A DNA stretch of 63,779 nt, the filler included, from Octopus bimaculoides (lineage: Eukaryota): NCBI RefSeq assembly GCF_001194135.2. It is 9 parts of 8 records of this genome, joined end to end, with 100 filler letters (N's around TTAATTAATTAA, not from the genome) between each part and the next. Parts side by side here need not be neighbours in the genome. Positions count along the whole stretch, not along the records: positions 28,288 to 38,303 come from NC_069010.1; positions 38,404 to 45,488 come from NC_069000.1; positions 45,589 to 51,383 come from NC_068989.1; 6 more parts are not named here. One strand, written 5' to 3'. A program made the translations under genes and the position numbers. Below are positions 35,450 to 48,930 of this stretch, in pieces. Within the stretch, counting starts at the first letter, position 1. The number at the start of each line of letters is the position of its first letter. Under the pieces are notes generated by a model, which did not search any database, was not told where the DNA came from, and was given only the letters and a program-made list of their open reading frames with translations.

Positions 35450-36300
35450 TTTACTTTTAAATTCTGACAAGATGTATTTCTTGAAGTGTGGGAGCATAAA
35501 AAAAATCTCATTCCTGGAATTTATGTATTTATTGGAGGTTCTCAAGCGATACAGTTTTTCAAGAGAACACACTGAACATTTTTTGGACCCATTAATATAG
35601 GGTCTGGATTTGAAGAGGATTTTCTATTTGATGTCAAAACTGCTCCCTTTGTCTTTAAGTTTCCAAATTAAAGCCAAAAGGTCATTGGAAATCTCTAATC
35701 ACAGTACCAAAAATTTGAAAGATGGTTGTTACATCTGGATTTAAATTTTCCTTCCATGGCTCTGATATAATGTTTGATCTCTGTACAACCATCTTTGTAG
35801 TTCAATGTATTTAATAAGATTGGTAGTCTTTTTATTTTAAAGTTATCTTTACTGTCTTAGCTGATCGAGTGCTTTTCTACTTGTTGAGGCATAACCACAT
35901 AATACGTATATATAGTTTTCTTTCCTTCTTCTCACCTTGATATACTACTTAACCACTCTTTTGATAATGGATTCACCTAAGGATGTACTTGAAGAAGGAC
36001 TTATTCAAATGGATTTAATCAAGCCTGCTTACCCTCCTGAACATAATGAACCATAATGAACTGCAATGAAGAGCATTAAAGAGGAACTTTCCTTCCGCTC
36101 TCTATCATACATTTCTTCATACATTTCTCCAATAATGGAATACTTGGCTTATAGAGTCTTCTATAGATACAATGATCCAATAACTGGGATATCTCAGAAA
36201 TAACTGTCAGAAACTTTCTCTGCTACCTTTACCAGTTTTGTATTATCTAACTATTTTAAAATTGAATTAAATGTATTTAAATGCCATAGTCCTACTTTGA
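35450..36300 (-). mobile_element. Penelope/Poseidon-type GIY-YIG remnant, degraded
   Basis: GKFKSRCNNH; LIWKLKDKGSSFDIK*KILFKSRPYINGSKKCSVCSLEKLY..NSRNE..HFKK, homologous to the 13.3-14.5 kb endonuclease. Confidence 0.7.
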
Positions 36301-37353
36301 CTAATCATTTGCCTTCCTTACTACTTTACCCATAATATATATATACACATATATATATATAGCAATAAGAAAATGGAGGGGAATATGAGATACTCATCAA
36401 TTTGCAGACACTGTACTCTGTTGATTAATCTGTTTATTTTATAACCAAAATGACAATAAAGACAATATACAGACACTTATGACACACTATGTCATATCAA
36501 CAATTAAGATTTCAAATTTAAAGGACATCTAGCAATCGGAGAAGGGACAAAATCTTACAGCTGTTTCGGCCTAGTGTTGGCATGCCCCATTCTATCTATA
36601 TAGCTCCAGTATGCTGGAGTAATTGGTAGATGAAAATGATGCAATGGGGGTGCATGCATGATTCACTAGGCCTCTTCANNNNNNNNNNNNNNNNNNNNNN
36701 NNNNNNNNNNNNNNNNNNNNNNNNNNNNNNNNNNNNNNNNNNNNNNNNNNNNNNNNNNNNNNNNNNNNNNNNNNNNNNNNNNNNNNNNNNNNNNNNNNNN
36801 NNNNNNNNNNNNNNNNNNNNNNNNNNNNNNNNNNNNNNNNNNNNNNNNNNNNNNNNNNNNNNNNNNNNNNNNNNNNNNNNNNNNNNNNNNNNNNNNNNNN
36901 NNNNNNNNNNNNNNNNNNNNNNNNNNNNNNNNNNNNNNNNNNNNNNNNNNNNNNNNNNNNNNNNNNNNNNNNNNNNNNNNNNNNNNNNNNNNNNNNNNNN
37001 NNNNNNNNNNNNNNNNNNNNNNNNNNNNNNNNNNNNNNNNNNNNNNNNNNNNNNNNNNNNNNNNNNNNNNNNNNNNNNNNNNNNNNNNNNNNNNNNNNNN
37101 NNNNNNNNNNNNNNNNNNNNNNNNNNNNNNNNNNNNNNNNNNNNNNNNNNNNNNNNNNNNNNNNNNNNNNNNNNNNNNNNNNNNNNNNNNNNNNNNNNNN
37201 NNNNNNNNNNNNNNNNNNNNNNNNNNNNNNNNNNNNNNNNNNNNNNNNNNNNNNNNNNNNNNNNNNNNNNNNNNNNNNNNNNNNNNNNNNNNNNNNNNNN
37301 NNNNNNNNNNNNNNNNNNNNNNNNNNNNNNNNNNNNNNNNNNNNNNNNNNNNN

Positions 37354-37635
37354 AAAAGCTCCACGAGGTCCTGGCAGGGGATGGTGGCGAGCCCTGCTGT
37401 ACTCTTCCACCACAACTTTCTCTCTCTTGCTTCCTGTTTCTGTCGTGCCTGTAATTCAAAGGGTCAGCCTTGTCACACTGTGTCACGCTGAATATCCCCG
37501 AGAACTACATTAAGGGTACACGTGTCTGTGAAGTGCTCAGCCACTTGCACGTTAATTTCACGAGCAGGCTGTTCCGTTGATCGGATCAACTGGAACCCTC
37601 GACGTCGTAAGCGACGGAGTGCCAACAACAACAAC
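37354..37635 (+). mobile_element. SINE family E, 5' end in gap, (AAC)n tail
   Basis: Near-identical to 25975-26233. Confidence 0.85.
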
Positions 37636-38403
37636 TAATGCATGTGCAATGGTGTACAGTAACCTTTTTTTATACCATCCCTGGTCTGAGTAAAATGTTC
37701 CTGGCCAGACTACAGTTAATGCACATGAGCCAACACAACTAACCTGTCATTTGAATTTCTGCTTGGCAAACATTGCATGTTTGAATATCTCTACAACTCT
37801 GATTACATTCTCTTTATTTCTTTTTTCAGTTAATATTCTTCATTTATTCCTCATTGCCTTTTAGTATTAAATGCATGTTCTGTTAATAACTGCTTTGCAA
37901 ACCTTCATCTTGTATCTGTCTGCTTTGAATTTTACATTTTCATCTGTTGCATGCTTTTCCAGCATTCTACTAAGAATTAATATTGTGCCGCACCGACTTT
38001 TCTTCCTCACATGACTTCCAGAAAAATGATTATTTTTAAATGAAATTTCCTAAAAATACACTTCAAGTGGTGTAGATTACGATTACATCACATGGAAGAG
38101 TTCTGATGTTTATAATGAAACGTTTTTTTTTTTTTGTTTGCCTTTGTTTTCCAATAAACTCTGTTGTGTTATCCTTTTTCCTTTCTCTGGATTTTTCAAA
38201 TTGTAAACATAATTTATGAACGCTCATTGTTTTTGAAAAGCATTAATTTAAAAGCATTAATTAAAAGTATTACGTAAAAGTATTATTTTGGAACATTGCT
38301 TAANNNNNNNNNNNNNNNNNNNNNNNNNNNNNNNNNNNNNNNNNNNNTTAATTAATTAANNNNNNNNNNNNNNNNNNNNNNNNNNNNNNNNNNNNNNNNN
38401 NNN

Positions 38404-40272
38404 CAACCGAGCGGATACCGCTGTATAAGGCAGCGATCCAACTGTGGACGATGGGACCGAAACCAGCCGCTCTAAGGACAACCTCCAAGTAGTAATGGTC
38501 TACCCTATCGAAAGTTTTTGATTGAGCCAAATTGATCAGCGCCCCACTCATGCCAGGTTCCTTAACTACCCTATCTATGATGTAGCGCATCAGATGGAAG
38601 TTGTCATAGATACTCCTACCCGGCACGGCGCACGTTTGCGCCCTGTCGACTAGTTTCTCGTTGACAAGCGCCAACCTCTCGACTAACTCCTTGGCCAAAA
38701 TTTTCAAATCTGAGTTGGCCAGAGTGACGAGCCTGAAGTTATCTATGACGTTTCCCTTGTTTGGATCTTTCTTTAGCAATGCCACTGCTCCTCTCTTTAC
38801 AAAGACGGGGATACTCCCGTTTTGCTGCCAGTTGCAGTAGACAGCTGCCAAGACGCCTCAAAACAAGTTTGGCATATGACAATAAAGTTCGTAGGGCAGA
38901 CCATCCAAGCTTGGTGACTTTCTCCCGCGTAGCCTGCCATCGCATCCCGTACGTCCGCGGCTGTGATGGGTCTTTCACAACACTCCGCCTCTCTTGCTGA
39001 AAGTCGTGGAAGGTCATGCAGGTAGATACTAAAGTCCACCCTGCAATCTGACCCAACAGTTGTACCGAACAGTTGTTGAAAGGCCTCACACATCCTTTCA
39101 GGCTCGAGTACTTCGCGTCCCTGTTCATCTGTCAGGACCTAATGGTCGATCTGTTGCCTCGTTGCTCCTCCGCTATTCGGGCATCTAGGGCGGCTCCAAC
39201 TCCTTCGTTCCCCAGAGTACGCATCCTAGCTCTGACAACGCATCCTTTGTGTTTGGCATTGAAGTGTTGATCGAGGGCCAACCTTGCCACCAGTACGTTG
39301 GACACGATGCCAGTTCTAAGTGCCTCTTCTAATTTCTTAACTAGGTTTCCCTCAATTCTATTTTGGTCTAATGCTAGGGCCTTACTGTACCTAATCGATT
39401 CTGGTTTAATTGCTTTCTTTAGGGCATACCACCATCTGTTGTTGATGATGGCACCCGTCAGTGTTCTCTTAACTAATGTGCTAATCCGGTCCCTGTAAGC
39501 CTGGCGTGCCGTGAACGACGCGTTCATCTTCCAGTAACCGGGAACCCTGCCTATGTGTCTTATCTAAGCCAAGTGTACAAGTCACAAATTTGGGGTCTAT
39601 GTAGCTGACTATGTGGAAATGTGGACAACCTACACTATCCTTATCCACTGTCCTACAGAATACTCTATCTAAATACGATCTGGACGACCCGATGCGGTTG
39701 CTCCATGTCCACATCGGGGCATTCGGGTGGTCCAGTCCGTACCTGTCAGACAGTTGGAAACGTCTGAGCAGGTCTTTGAGGTATTTGCATTACCTCCTAT
39801 TACTGTCTCTACCCACGTAGTCTAGACGCGTGTCCAGGGTAGCATTCCAATCCCCCACCCTAAAAGTAAGGGTCGAGACATTCTCAGGAAAACCTCTAGA
39901 CGTCGAAAGAAATCTGGGCGGCCTGTTAAGGACGGTGCATAAACTGTTATCAGTCGAAAAGCATACCCATTGCTGCCATCGACATCCAAGACGACCTGCC
40001 TACCCTCCGGGTCTAGGAAAATTGCTCTTAGTTTGAGATCCAGACTCTTCCGAAGAAGCATCGGTACCTTCTCCGCCCATTCTCGGCAGACACGGAGAAA
40101 AATAAATGTTGAAATGTCTGCCGAACATGCGCTGGAGGGCCCGCGGGCTGTGGAGTCTGGTCTCGCTGATGGCTATGATATGCAGATTTTGTGACTTGAT
40201 GTCGTTTAACAGGTAGCCTTGTTTCCAAGGCGACTCCAAGCCACGTACATTTATACTGCCTACTTTGAGCAT
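38404..40272 (-). pseudogene. ORF2 (APE endonuclease plus RT N-half) of a Tx1/L1-clade LINE, frameshifted, cut at a linker
   Basis: VGSINVRGL..ISETRL, ITVYAPS, GDWNA, SRSYLDRVF, YWKMN, PGLDGLPYELY, NFRLVTLANSDLKILAK, QTCAVPGRSI.DN, SKTFDRVDH. Confidence 0.93.
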
Positions 40273-40539
40273 GTTCCTGTCGAAGGTTGTGTTGAATCAG
40301 AGGGTGGGAAGGGAAGGGTGTTGGGATCTATTTCTGAGTGTGTTGATTTTGTTGTTGGTGATGTTGGTGCTGTTTGGTGACATTTGGGATGTGGTGTTTG
40401 GGTCTTTTGGGGGTGGGGTATGAGTCTTTTTGGTTTCCTCTTCTTCCTGTGGAGTTATTGTTGGTGGTGGCGATGATGGTGTTGGTTCTGTTCTTAGTGG
40501 CGCTGGTGGTAGTGTTGTTTGGTTTGGCTGGCATATTGA

Positions 40540-41530
40540 TTACTGATGTTCCTTCATTTGTTTATAGATCTGCTTAATTAGTCGTGCATATGGCGGTGTG
40601 GGTAGTAGTGCTGGTTTTTGGTTTTCTTGTAGTTGTTGTTTTTCGTGGTCTTGTTGTTGTCGTTGTTGTTGCTGTTGCTTCTGTGCTAGTGGGCAGTTAG
40701 TTTTTAAATGTGTTTTGCTACCACAAACGTAGCAACTTGGCTTTCTGCCTTCGACGGTTACATGCAAGCTTGAATTTTCTGTCAATTGGAATCGGTGGGG
40801 AATTTTTTCAAAATTCACTGGATCGATCCGAGCAAGAATCTCGATTTCTTGGCCAGTCCAGTTTTGCTGGTCCTGGGCAGCGGTTTCCAATATAAGGATT
40901 TCGTCCTCGATGTCATAGTAAATGGCAGACACGAACCATTTTATTTCAATTTCCCGGGGAGACACATTTTTTTATTTTAATTTTTGTGACCCTACGACCA
41001 AGGTATGTAGGGATCAAGAGGAAGATTTTCATGTTGAAAGGACCTTGTGGAGTGGTCCTTGACTCGCTCTTCACTGTCGAGTCTTACTTCGATCGTCGCA
41101 AACCTGTTTCACCTCGTTATGTAGTCTTTAAAGGCCCGTATGAGCCTTAAACATTTTTCCACATTCTCATGAGTGGCTGTTTCATATACTTTTGTTTGCG
41201 CATTGAGTGTCTTGTAAATGATTGATTTTTTATGAGATATATTTTGTAATGTTTTCAGGCTGTCTGTAATTGAATGGTGACTTCACTTTTTGTAAACATT
41301 TCTTTGCAGGCAAGTAATTTTTCCTTGGGAAAATGCATTATTCGTTTCTTTGGCTTCAAAGCCGCGGCAAAATTGTCATCGGTATTCGTGTTGGTTGTGG
41401 TGGCGATGGCGGTGGTTGTGGTAGCAGTGGTGGAAGCAGTGATTATAGTAACAGAAGCATTCGTGCCTTCTAAGGCCTGTGTGCGTTAAATGTGTGCCGT
41501 TTGGTAAAATTGTAAAAATGTAGGTTGCTT
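40540..41530 (-). pseudogene. ORF1 (CCHC knuckle) and 5' region of the same Tx1/L1-like LINE
   Basis: KKSIIYK..YITR..FATIEVR..LIPTYLGRRVTKIKI then EIEIKWFVSAI..VTVEGRKPSCYVCGSKTHLKTNCP; Gln- and Thr-rich tails. Confidence 0.85.
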
Positions 41531-41707
41531 CTAAACTGGTTTATTTATATTATTTGTTTATTGACATTAAGGTTTTTGATTTCATGTCAACAGTCTAACT
41601 GAAATCGTGTCAAATTTTGTAAATACATTCTTGATAACAATTGGTTGAATAATGACCAATCAAAGCTCTGATCCGGATCCGGAATCGAACTGCAACCGCT
41701 GCTAGCA

Positions 41708-41746
<39 letters not shown>

Positions 41747-41940
41747 GGTGGGAGAGGAGAAGGAGGAGGATGACAACGACAACGACGACGACATCGCTCC
41801 CTTGTCTCACTGTCTGTCTGTTTGCCTGCCTGTCTGTCTGCTGAAGGGATGAACGGCAAAATCGAACTCGGCAACATTTGAACTCAGAACAATTCTACCA
41901 GCTCACCGCCCTAATGATGATGATGATGATGATGATGATG

Positions 41941-42002
<62 letters not shown>

Positions 42003-42014
42003 CGACCTGAAGAA

Positions 42015-42205
42015 AATTCTAACTGGGCCCCACCTGCGAGGTCATGCGCTGTTTATCTTGATATGAGATCACCATGTCGTGCACATATGGTTGTGATGCA
42101 TTTGCCTGGTGTACCCTTATCAGACGGGTAGTCATGATGGGTATAATGGGCTTCGTATATTTTACCCCGGCATGCACTGCTCTCTCACTCAATAATAATA
42201 ATAAC
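42015..42205 (+). mobile_element. Repeat family D, (AAT)n-flanked and (AAT)n-tailed; partial copy at 45589-45680
   Basis: GTCATGATGGGTATAATGGGCTTCGTATATTTTACCC..CTGCTCTCTCACTCAATAATAAT is shared by both loci. Confidence 0.7.
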
Positions 42206-42347
42206 AACAACAACAACTGTAAATTGTGTGCTGGTGCCATGAGAAATGTTTCTATATTGTGACAGTTACAAAATATCGAAAGAAGTGAAAAACCGATGAC
42301 GGGTATAAAGTCACATGAAAAAAAACACAAGTCAAAATTGATTTAAG

Positions 42348-42483
42348 GGATCCGGACAAAACCTCCCTAGGACAAAACCCCGTCGGACAACCTCACCCCC
42401 ATCCTGGACAAAACCCCGTAACTCTTTTTTTCTTGTGACTTTATTACCGTGACTTTTTTCCTGTGACTTTTTTATCCGGATTC
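42348..42483. mobile_element. Small MITE-like element with short TIRs and subterminal repeats
   Basis: GGATCCGGACAAAA / TTTTTATCCGGATTC termini; GGACAAAACC x3 on the left, GTGACTTT x3 on the right. Confidence 0.5.
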
Positions 42484-42639
42484 GTAAATCCTATAACTAT
42501 ATAACCCAACCAAAATATCTCAGTTACGCAGAGGTAAACAGAATTCTTATTTAGCCTTAAAATACATATTCATACATCTTCGTACATATCCAAAGAATCT
42601 TCTTGGTTTATTGGTACGGAACGTTCTTCTTGTATTCTT

Positions 42640-42890
42640 TTATTCTTTTACTTATTTCAGTCACTTGACGGAGGCCATGCTGGCTGGAGCACCGCCCTTC
42701 AGTCAAAGAAATCGACCCCTGTAAGCCTGGTGTTTATTCTATCAGTCTCTTCTGCCGAACAGGTAAATTACGCGGACGCAAACACACCAACATCGGTTGT
42801 CAAACAATGGGGGTGGGGAAACATAGACACAAAAACACACACACATAAATATATGCATATACAAATATATATATATATATATATATATAN
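42640..42890 (-). mobile_element. SINE family A 3' half
   Basis: TTTTACTTATTTCAGTCA..GGCCATGCTGG..AACACACCAACATCGGTTGTCAA. Confidence 0.8.
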
Positions 42891-43146
42891 NNNNNNNNNN
42901 NNNNNNNNNNNNNNNNNNNNNNNNNNNNNNNNNNNNNNNNNNNNNNNNNNNNNNNNNNNNNNNNNNNNNNNNNNNNNNNNNNNNNNNNNNNNNNNNNNNN
43001 NNNNNNNNNNNNNNNNNNNNNNNNNNNNNNNNNNNNNNNNNNNNNNNNNNNNNNNNNNNNNNNNNNNNNNNNNNNNNNNNNNNNNNNNNNNNNNNNNNNN
43101 NNNNNNNNNNNNNNNNNNNNNNNNNNNNNNNNNNNNNNNNNNNNNN

Positions 43147-43355
43147 TTTGTCCCCCCACCCACCCAACATCGCTTGACAACCGATGCTGGTGTGTTTGCG
43201 TCCCCGTAACTTAGCGGTCCGGCAAAAGAGACCGATGGAATAAGTACTAGGCTTACAAAGAATAAGTCCTGGGGGTCGATTTGCTCGACTAAAGGCGGTG
43301 CTCCAGCATGGCCACAGTCAAATGACTGAAACAAGTAAAAGAGTAAAAGAGTATA
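43147..43355 (+). mobile_element. SINE family A 3' half (inverted relative to 42640 copy)
   Basis: TTGACAACCGATGCTGGTGTG..GCATGGCCACAGTCAAATGACTGAAACAAGTAAAAGAG; a further minus fragment at 43370-43447. Confidence 0.85.
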
Positions 43356-43964
43356 TACATATATATATGAGGGGCTTCTTTCAGTTTCCGTCAACCAAAT
43401 TCACTCACGAGGCTTTGGTCGGCCCGAAGCTATAGTAGAAGGCACTCTTTAAAGTATAGAGTTGAATTTCGTGTAGCCACATGTTGGTAACATTTCTCCC
43501 CTCACCCATTTTGTAGTGGGTATTACCAATCTTTCTGGGCTCTTTTTGTAGCTATACTCCGTTCGAAATTTGCATTAGTTTTTGTATGAATAAAAAAGGA
43601 AGGGAGGCGGGGCTTGCTTGTAGTTTGTAGAGAAAACGTTAAACGTGACTGAAAAAAAAAACATGGTCTCCCTACCACCCAACTAAAAAACATGAAGAAC
43701 TATGAAAGAAGGCGAATAAGTACCGGGGGTGGGAGAAAGAAGAAAGAACTAACAGTCGGTCATTCTAAGACTCTCAGAATAAAAACGTAAACACCTGAAA
43801 GACTTTCCCTCTATTCGTTACTAATTGTCTTTCCTTCTTCATTGCTAAAAGTAAAGAAGTTAGAAAAGATCGACCGTATTTCAGTCTAATTGTCATTGTA
43901 AATGACCGAGGCTCTCCATTCTCTGTCTCTATCGCTTCACTCCTTTTCTCTGCGGTTAAGAGAG

Positions 43965-44293
43965 TGAAGGTGCGTGGTTCAGTGGTTAGGGGTATTCGGT
44001 CCACGATAGTAAAGTCATGAGTGCGATTCCCGGCGGCGTGCTGTATTTTTGAGTAAAGGAAAGGTACTCTACATCATTTTGCTGCAGTCCACTCAGCTGG
44101 CAAAAACGAGTTGTAGCTGTAATTCAAAGGAGCCAGTCTTGTAACATCCTGTGTGAGGCTGAATCTACCTGAGAACTAACTTATGATATGCATGTCTGTG
44201 GAGTACTCAGCCACTTGCGCGTTAATTTTACGAGCAGACTGTTCGTTGATCAGATAAACAGGAACCTCGTCGTCGTAATCGACGGAGTGCCAC
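43965..44293 (+). mobile_element. SINE family E-related, different tRNA head, diverged
   Basis: GTGGTTCAGTGGTTAGG head; TAATTCAAAGG..GTGGAGTACTCAGCCACTTGC..CGTCGTCGTAATCGACGGAGTGCC tail. Confidence 0.75.
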
Positions 44294-44793
44294 TTTTTAA
44301 AAAGAGTGAAAGAAAAGGAAGTGTTGCCTATCGTAAAGGTAAATGTTCCATATGTCAAGTGTTTTGTATAAGTGGTGAAAGCTAAGACGAAATCAATGCT
44401 ATTCCGTCATGTATTCGACCTCGACTCACGCTCAGGTGTTTAGGATGGGTTTGAATTTATCAATAAAATTCTTTCTATCAACTTCACTTGCGTTATGTAG
44501 TTTGTAGGATAGGAATATTATAAACTTTTCTGACCACATGTTGCCATATGGTTGCTTAAAGGTATCTCACGGACATTAGGGTCCCTAATTTGCTGTCGGT
44601 GCACACGTGAACATTCGGCAATATATTTCCAGTCTGATCTACTAATATCTCTTCATAATTCGGGAATTTGATGCAGTAAATTAGATTTCTACTTTTGCAG
44701 TTTATATTTGCATCTGTAAATATTCTTCCGGTTTTTGTGTTCGTATGTTAACCGGTGTGTATGAACTGACATGCACCACATCGATTATCATTG

Positions 44794-44861
<68 letters not shown>

Positions 44862-44865
<4 letters not shown>

Positions 44866-45039
44866 CTAGTCTCGCGATATTTCCGCTCTACCGGTCACTC
44901 TTTGCAAGACCTGTCCGTGTTCGGATTGTCCTTGCACAGGGGCCATCCGGACTCCCATTTGCGCCGTGAACAGAGATTAATCTTCTCTCTTCGCTTCTTT
45001 GCGCCACATGGGCTCAACTCTCCTCCCCTCTTCATCTAA
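44862..45039 (+). mobile_element. Penelope-like GIY-YIG C-terminal fragment followed by a pyrimidine-rich tail
   Basis: PLVSRYFRSTGHSLQDLSVFGL...HLRREQRLIFSLRFFAPHGLN matches the PLE endonuclease end pattern (HF...H....R...E...I..L....P.GLN). Confidence 0.65.
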
Positions 45040-45681
45040 CCTTTTGCCTCTCTCCCCGTCACACCTACTTCCTCCCACCCACCTCTCCTCTCTTGCTCCG
45101 ACTCCTACTTCTTCTCTTCACTCCTACTCTCCTTCTCTCTTCTCTTCACTCCTACCACCTTCTCCTTCCCCCTTCATCGTCATTCCTCCCTCGTAACCCA
45201 ACTTCTACCCCTACACATTCTAACCCCACCTTCTCTATACTTCCCATCCCTCCCCATCCCATCCTTACACCCACTCCTACATACCTCAACCTCTTCTTAC
45301 TCACATACCCCACCTCTACCCCCAACCTCAGCCTAACCCACACCCCACCCTTGCTTTCCCCACTCTCACCTCCCAACACCATCACACCACACCACACACC
45401 ACCATACCACACAACACATCACATCACATCACACCACCACGCACACCGTAGCACTGACCACTTCCCAGCCCCACACCTTCACACCTACNNNNNNNNNNNN
45501 NNNNNNNNNNNNNNNNNNNNNNNNNNNNNNNNTTAATTAATTAANNNNNNNNNNNNNNNNNNNNNNNNNNNNNNNNNNNNNNNNNNNNGTCATGATGGGT
45601 ATAATGGGCTTCGTATATTTTACCCGTGTCACTTTGATGGCATGCCCTGCTCTCTCACTCAATAATAATAATAATAATAAC

Positions 45682-45729
<48 letters not shown>

Positions 45730-46134
45730 AAAGATTATTAGTAAGTAGCATTAGCATTACCTTGAACTCCTTTTTAATTATAAATACAGCCTCCAACATT
45801 TACACATGTTTCTACTGCATCGATTAGTAACCGTTGCAACTGCAGCCTTACTATGATACCGGTGCTGTTTCTTCAGGGTCTTCACTTCAATCTCCTTTGA
45901 GATTTAACTGGATAAAGATTGATGTTGATTTTCTTTGCGTTCTATGAATTGGAGTTGTGCTTTAATTTAGACGCCAACTGTCTTCAGTTCAAGTATTGAT
46001 GAGATAATCACTCGTTTATTCCTAATATTCAGTTATTTCGATGCAGTAGAAACATGTGTGGGTCTATTGGCATCTGTATTTATATACAAAAATGAATTAA
46101 AGATAATGCTAAAGTTACTTCGTAATAATCCTTA

Positions 46135-46216
<82 letters not shown>

Positions 46217-46413
46217 CATTGATATTCAATGCTCCAGGAAACGTATACGGTTAAGGTAATATATTTAGAATAATCCAACGGAATACATCGCTAAATTCTT
46301 ATCTCATGAGAATTATTGCAGGATTTATATACAAACCGTTGAATAGCCTATTTTGAATACCAAATTGGTGAACAAAGCGGTAAACGTTTGGAGAAATCCT
46401 TTACTAATTACCT

Positions 46414-46460
<47 letters not shown>

Positions 46461-47925
46461 NNNNNNNNNNNNNNNNNNNNNNNNNNNNNNNNNNNNNNNN
46501 NNNNNNNNNNNNNNNNNNNNNNNNNNNNNNNNNNNNNNNNNNNNNNNNNNNNNNNNNNNNNNNNNNNNNNNNNNNNNNNNNNNNNNNNNNNNNNNNNNNN
46601 NNNNNNNNNNNNNNNNNNNNNNNNNNNNNNNNNNNNNNNNNNNNNNNNNNNNNNNNNNNNNNNNNNNNNNNNNNNNNNNNNNNNNNNNNNNNNNNNNNNN
46701 NNNNNNNNNNNNNNNNNNNNNNNNNNNNNNNNNNNNNNNNNNNNNNNNNNNNNNNNNNNNNNNNNNNNNNNNNNNNNNNNNNNNNNNNNNNNNNNNNNNN
46801 NNNNNNNNNNNNNNNNNNNNNNNNNNNNNNNNNNNNNNNNNNNNNNNNNNNNNNNNNNNNNNNNNNNNNNNNNNNNNNNNNNNNNNNNNNNNNNNNNNNN
46901 NNNNNNNNNNNNNNNNNNNNNNNNNNNNNNNNNNNNNNNNNNNNNNNNNNNNNNNNNNNNNNNNNNNNNNNNNNTGTGTGTGTGTGTGTGTATCTGTATG
47001 TGTGTGTCTGCGTGTCTGTGTGTCTGTGTGTGTGCGTGCGTGCGTAAGTTAGACAGATACACAAGCAGATGAATAGAGAGAGAAGAAAATGTGAAATCAG
47101 TTGTAAACAAAACCACAAACAAGCATGAAGATGAAGATGATGATGATGATGATGAGTCGGTTTGTGTTTGATATGTAATGTCTTCATGCATATTTGTCGT
47201 GCATTATTTTTGTTGTTCAGATGTTTGTATGCTTCTATGTACGTATTTATATTTACTTTTTCTAGTACTTATATGCATTTCTATGTGTCATTGTTTTCAT
47301 ATGTGTGTGTGTGTGTGTGCGTGTGCTTATGTCTCTATGTCCGTGTGTATGCTCGTATGTGTGTACGTACCTGGCTGTTTCACAGAACTACTATAGTTAT
47401 TTATAACAGACTTCTTTAGAATTGGTGTAACACATGTCAAAAACGTAATCATCCGATTACCTCGCCATGGCCGATGATTGCGATATATGCATAACTATAT
47501 CCCCCCTGGGTGGTCTACCACGTATGTATATATCGTTCTTCTTTTTTTTTTAATAATTTGAATTCTTCGTATAAGAGGGGGCTGGTTTCTGACAAAGCGA
47601 CAAAGCAACCCCCTCCGTTGTAATTTCGATAAAAAAAAAAAACGAAAAATGCTAAACGATAAAAGTATAAACAAGTAAAACTAAGTGAATAAAATAATAT
47701 TGTAAAATTCCGGTTTCTTTTGGGTACTCCCTCGTATGTTAAACTTTAGAAAAGTCTTGCATATTTTTACTGTTTCACTGACAGATCGTTTTTGTAAAGA
47801 GTGTGTTAGCTGTTCACATTCATTGTCTGAAAACCTCGAAACAGACTTGGAGTAAAGATGGCGCGTCATTAATGAGGTCACGAATAATGGCGAAAGGACT
47901 TTGACAAACCTACCTGATTGACTCG

Positions 47926-48146
47926 TGTAATGGCTAAAGCGATCACCGTGTAAGAACTAAAGAAAACAGTCTAATATTGGGGCATATAAGCCCTCGACGG
48001 AGATAAGTAAGGTTTCCGTACGCATGGGACTCGAACTCACAGCTCCTTGTTTTTGCGATGTGTTATCATTATACCAACGTACCCCTGGCTTCTTCCAGTG
48101 TTGGTGATCGCTTATAAGCTTTAAGCTTATAAAATATCATTATTAT
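47926..48146 (-). mobile_element. Diverged relative of the 1947-2246 tRNA-cored foldback element
   Basis: Shares GTCTAATA..GGGGCATATAAGCCCTCGAC and terminus AAGCTTTAAGCTTATAAAATATCATTA. IR GCGATCACC at about 47939 and 48103. Core 48082..48018 reads GTACGTTGGTATAATGATAACAC..GTGAGTTCGAGTCCCATGCGTAC. Confidence 0.7.
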
Positions 48147-48149
48147 CAT

Positions 48150-48347
48150 TTAGCACGCCGGACGAAATGCTTGCCGGTATTTCGTCTGTCTTTACGTTCT
48201 GACTTCAAATTCCGCCGAGGTCGACTTTGCCTTTCATCCTTTCGGGGTCGATAAATTAAGTACCAGTTGCGTACTGGTTCGATCTAATCGACTGGCACCC
48301 CTCCCCCAAGAATTTCGGGCCTTGTGCCTAGAGTACAAAAGAATAAT
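48150..48347 (+). mobile_element. SINE family C
   Basis: Homologous to 17215-17412. Confidence 0.85.
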
Positions 48348-48867
48348 ACTTTGTTGGGTGCATGAAATCCTAACTCCATGCATCTGTGTTATATTTTCAG
48401 TCAGAATATTTTTGTAAAACTGTCGTATGTGAGACTTACTACACTTTGACAATTTTCATATCTTGGCATTTGAAGCAGCTGGAGATACGATAGTTTGACC
48501 AAAAGAACCGGCTATTGCAAGCAAAAATAAATACTGAAAAAAAAAAAACGCGTTTAACCAAATTTGGACATACGACAGTTTAACATAATAGCAACGAGAG
48601 AGAGAGAGAGAGAGATATATATATATATATATATATATAATGTGCGTATGTATGNNNNNNNNNNNNNNNNNNNNNNNNNNNNNNNNNATATATATATATA
48701 TATATATATATAATGTGCGTATGTATGCATGTATGTAAGTACTCATACACACACGTATATATGCAGGCATACGGAGGCAAGCACACGCCTATAGGTATAC
48801 ATATATGCGTACAAGTACTCATAAATATCCACATATAGACTCACTCTTGCATACACACCTACACGAT

Positions 48868-48930
<63 letters not shown>

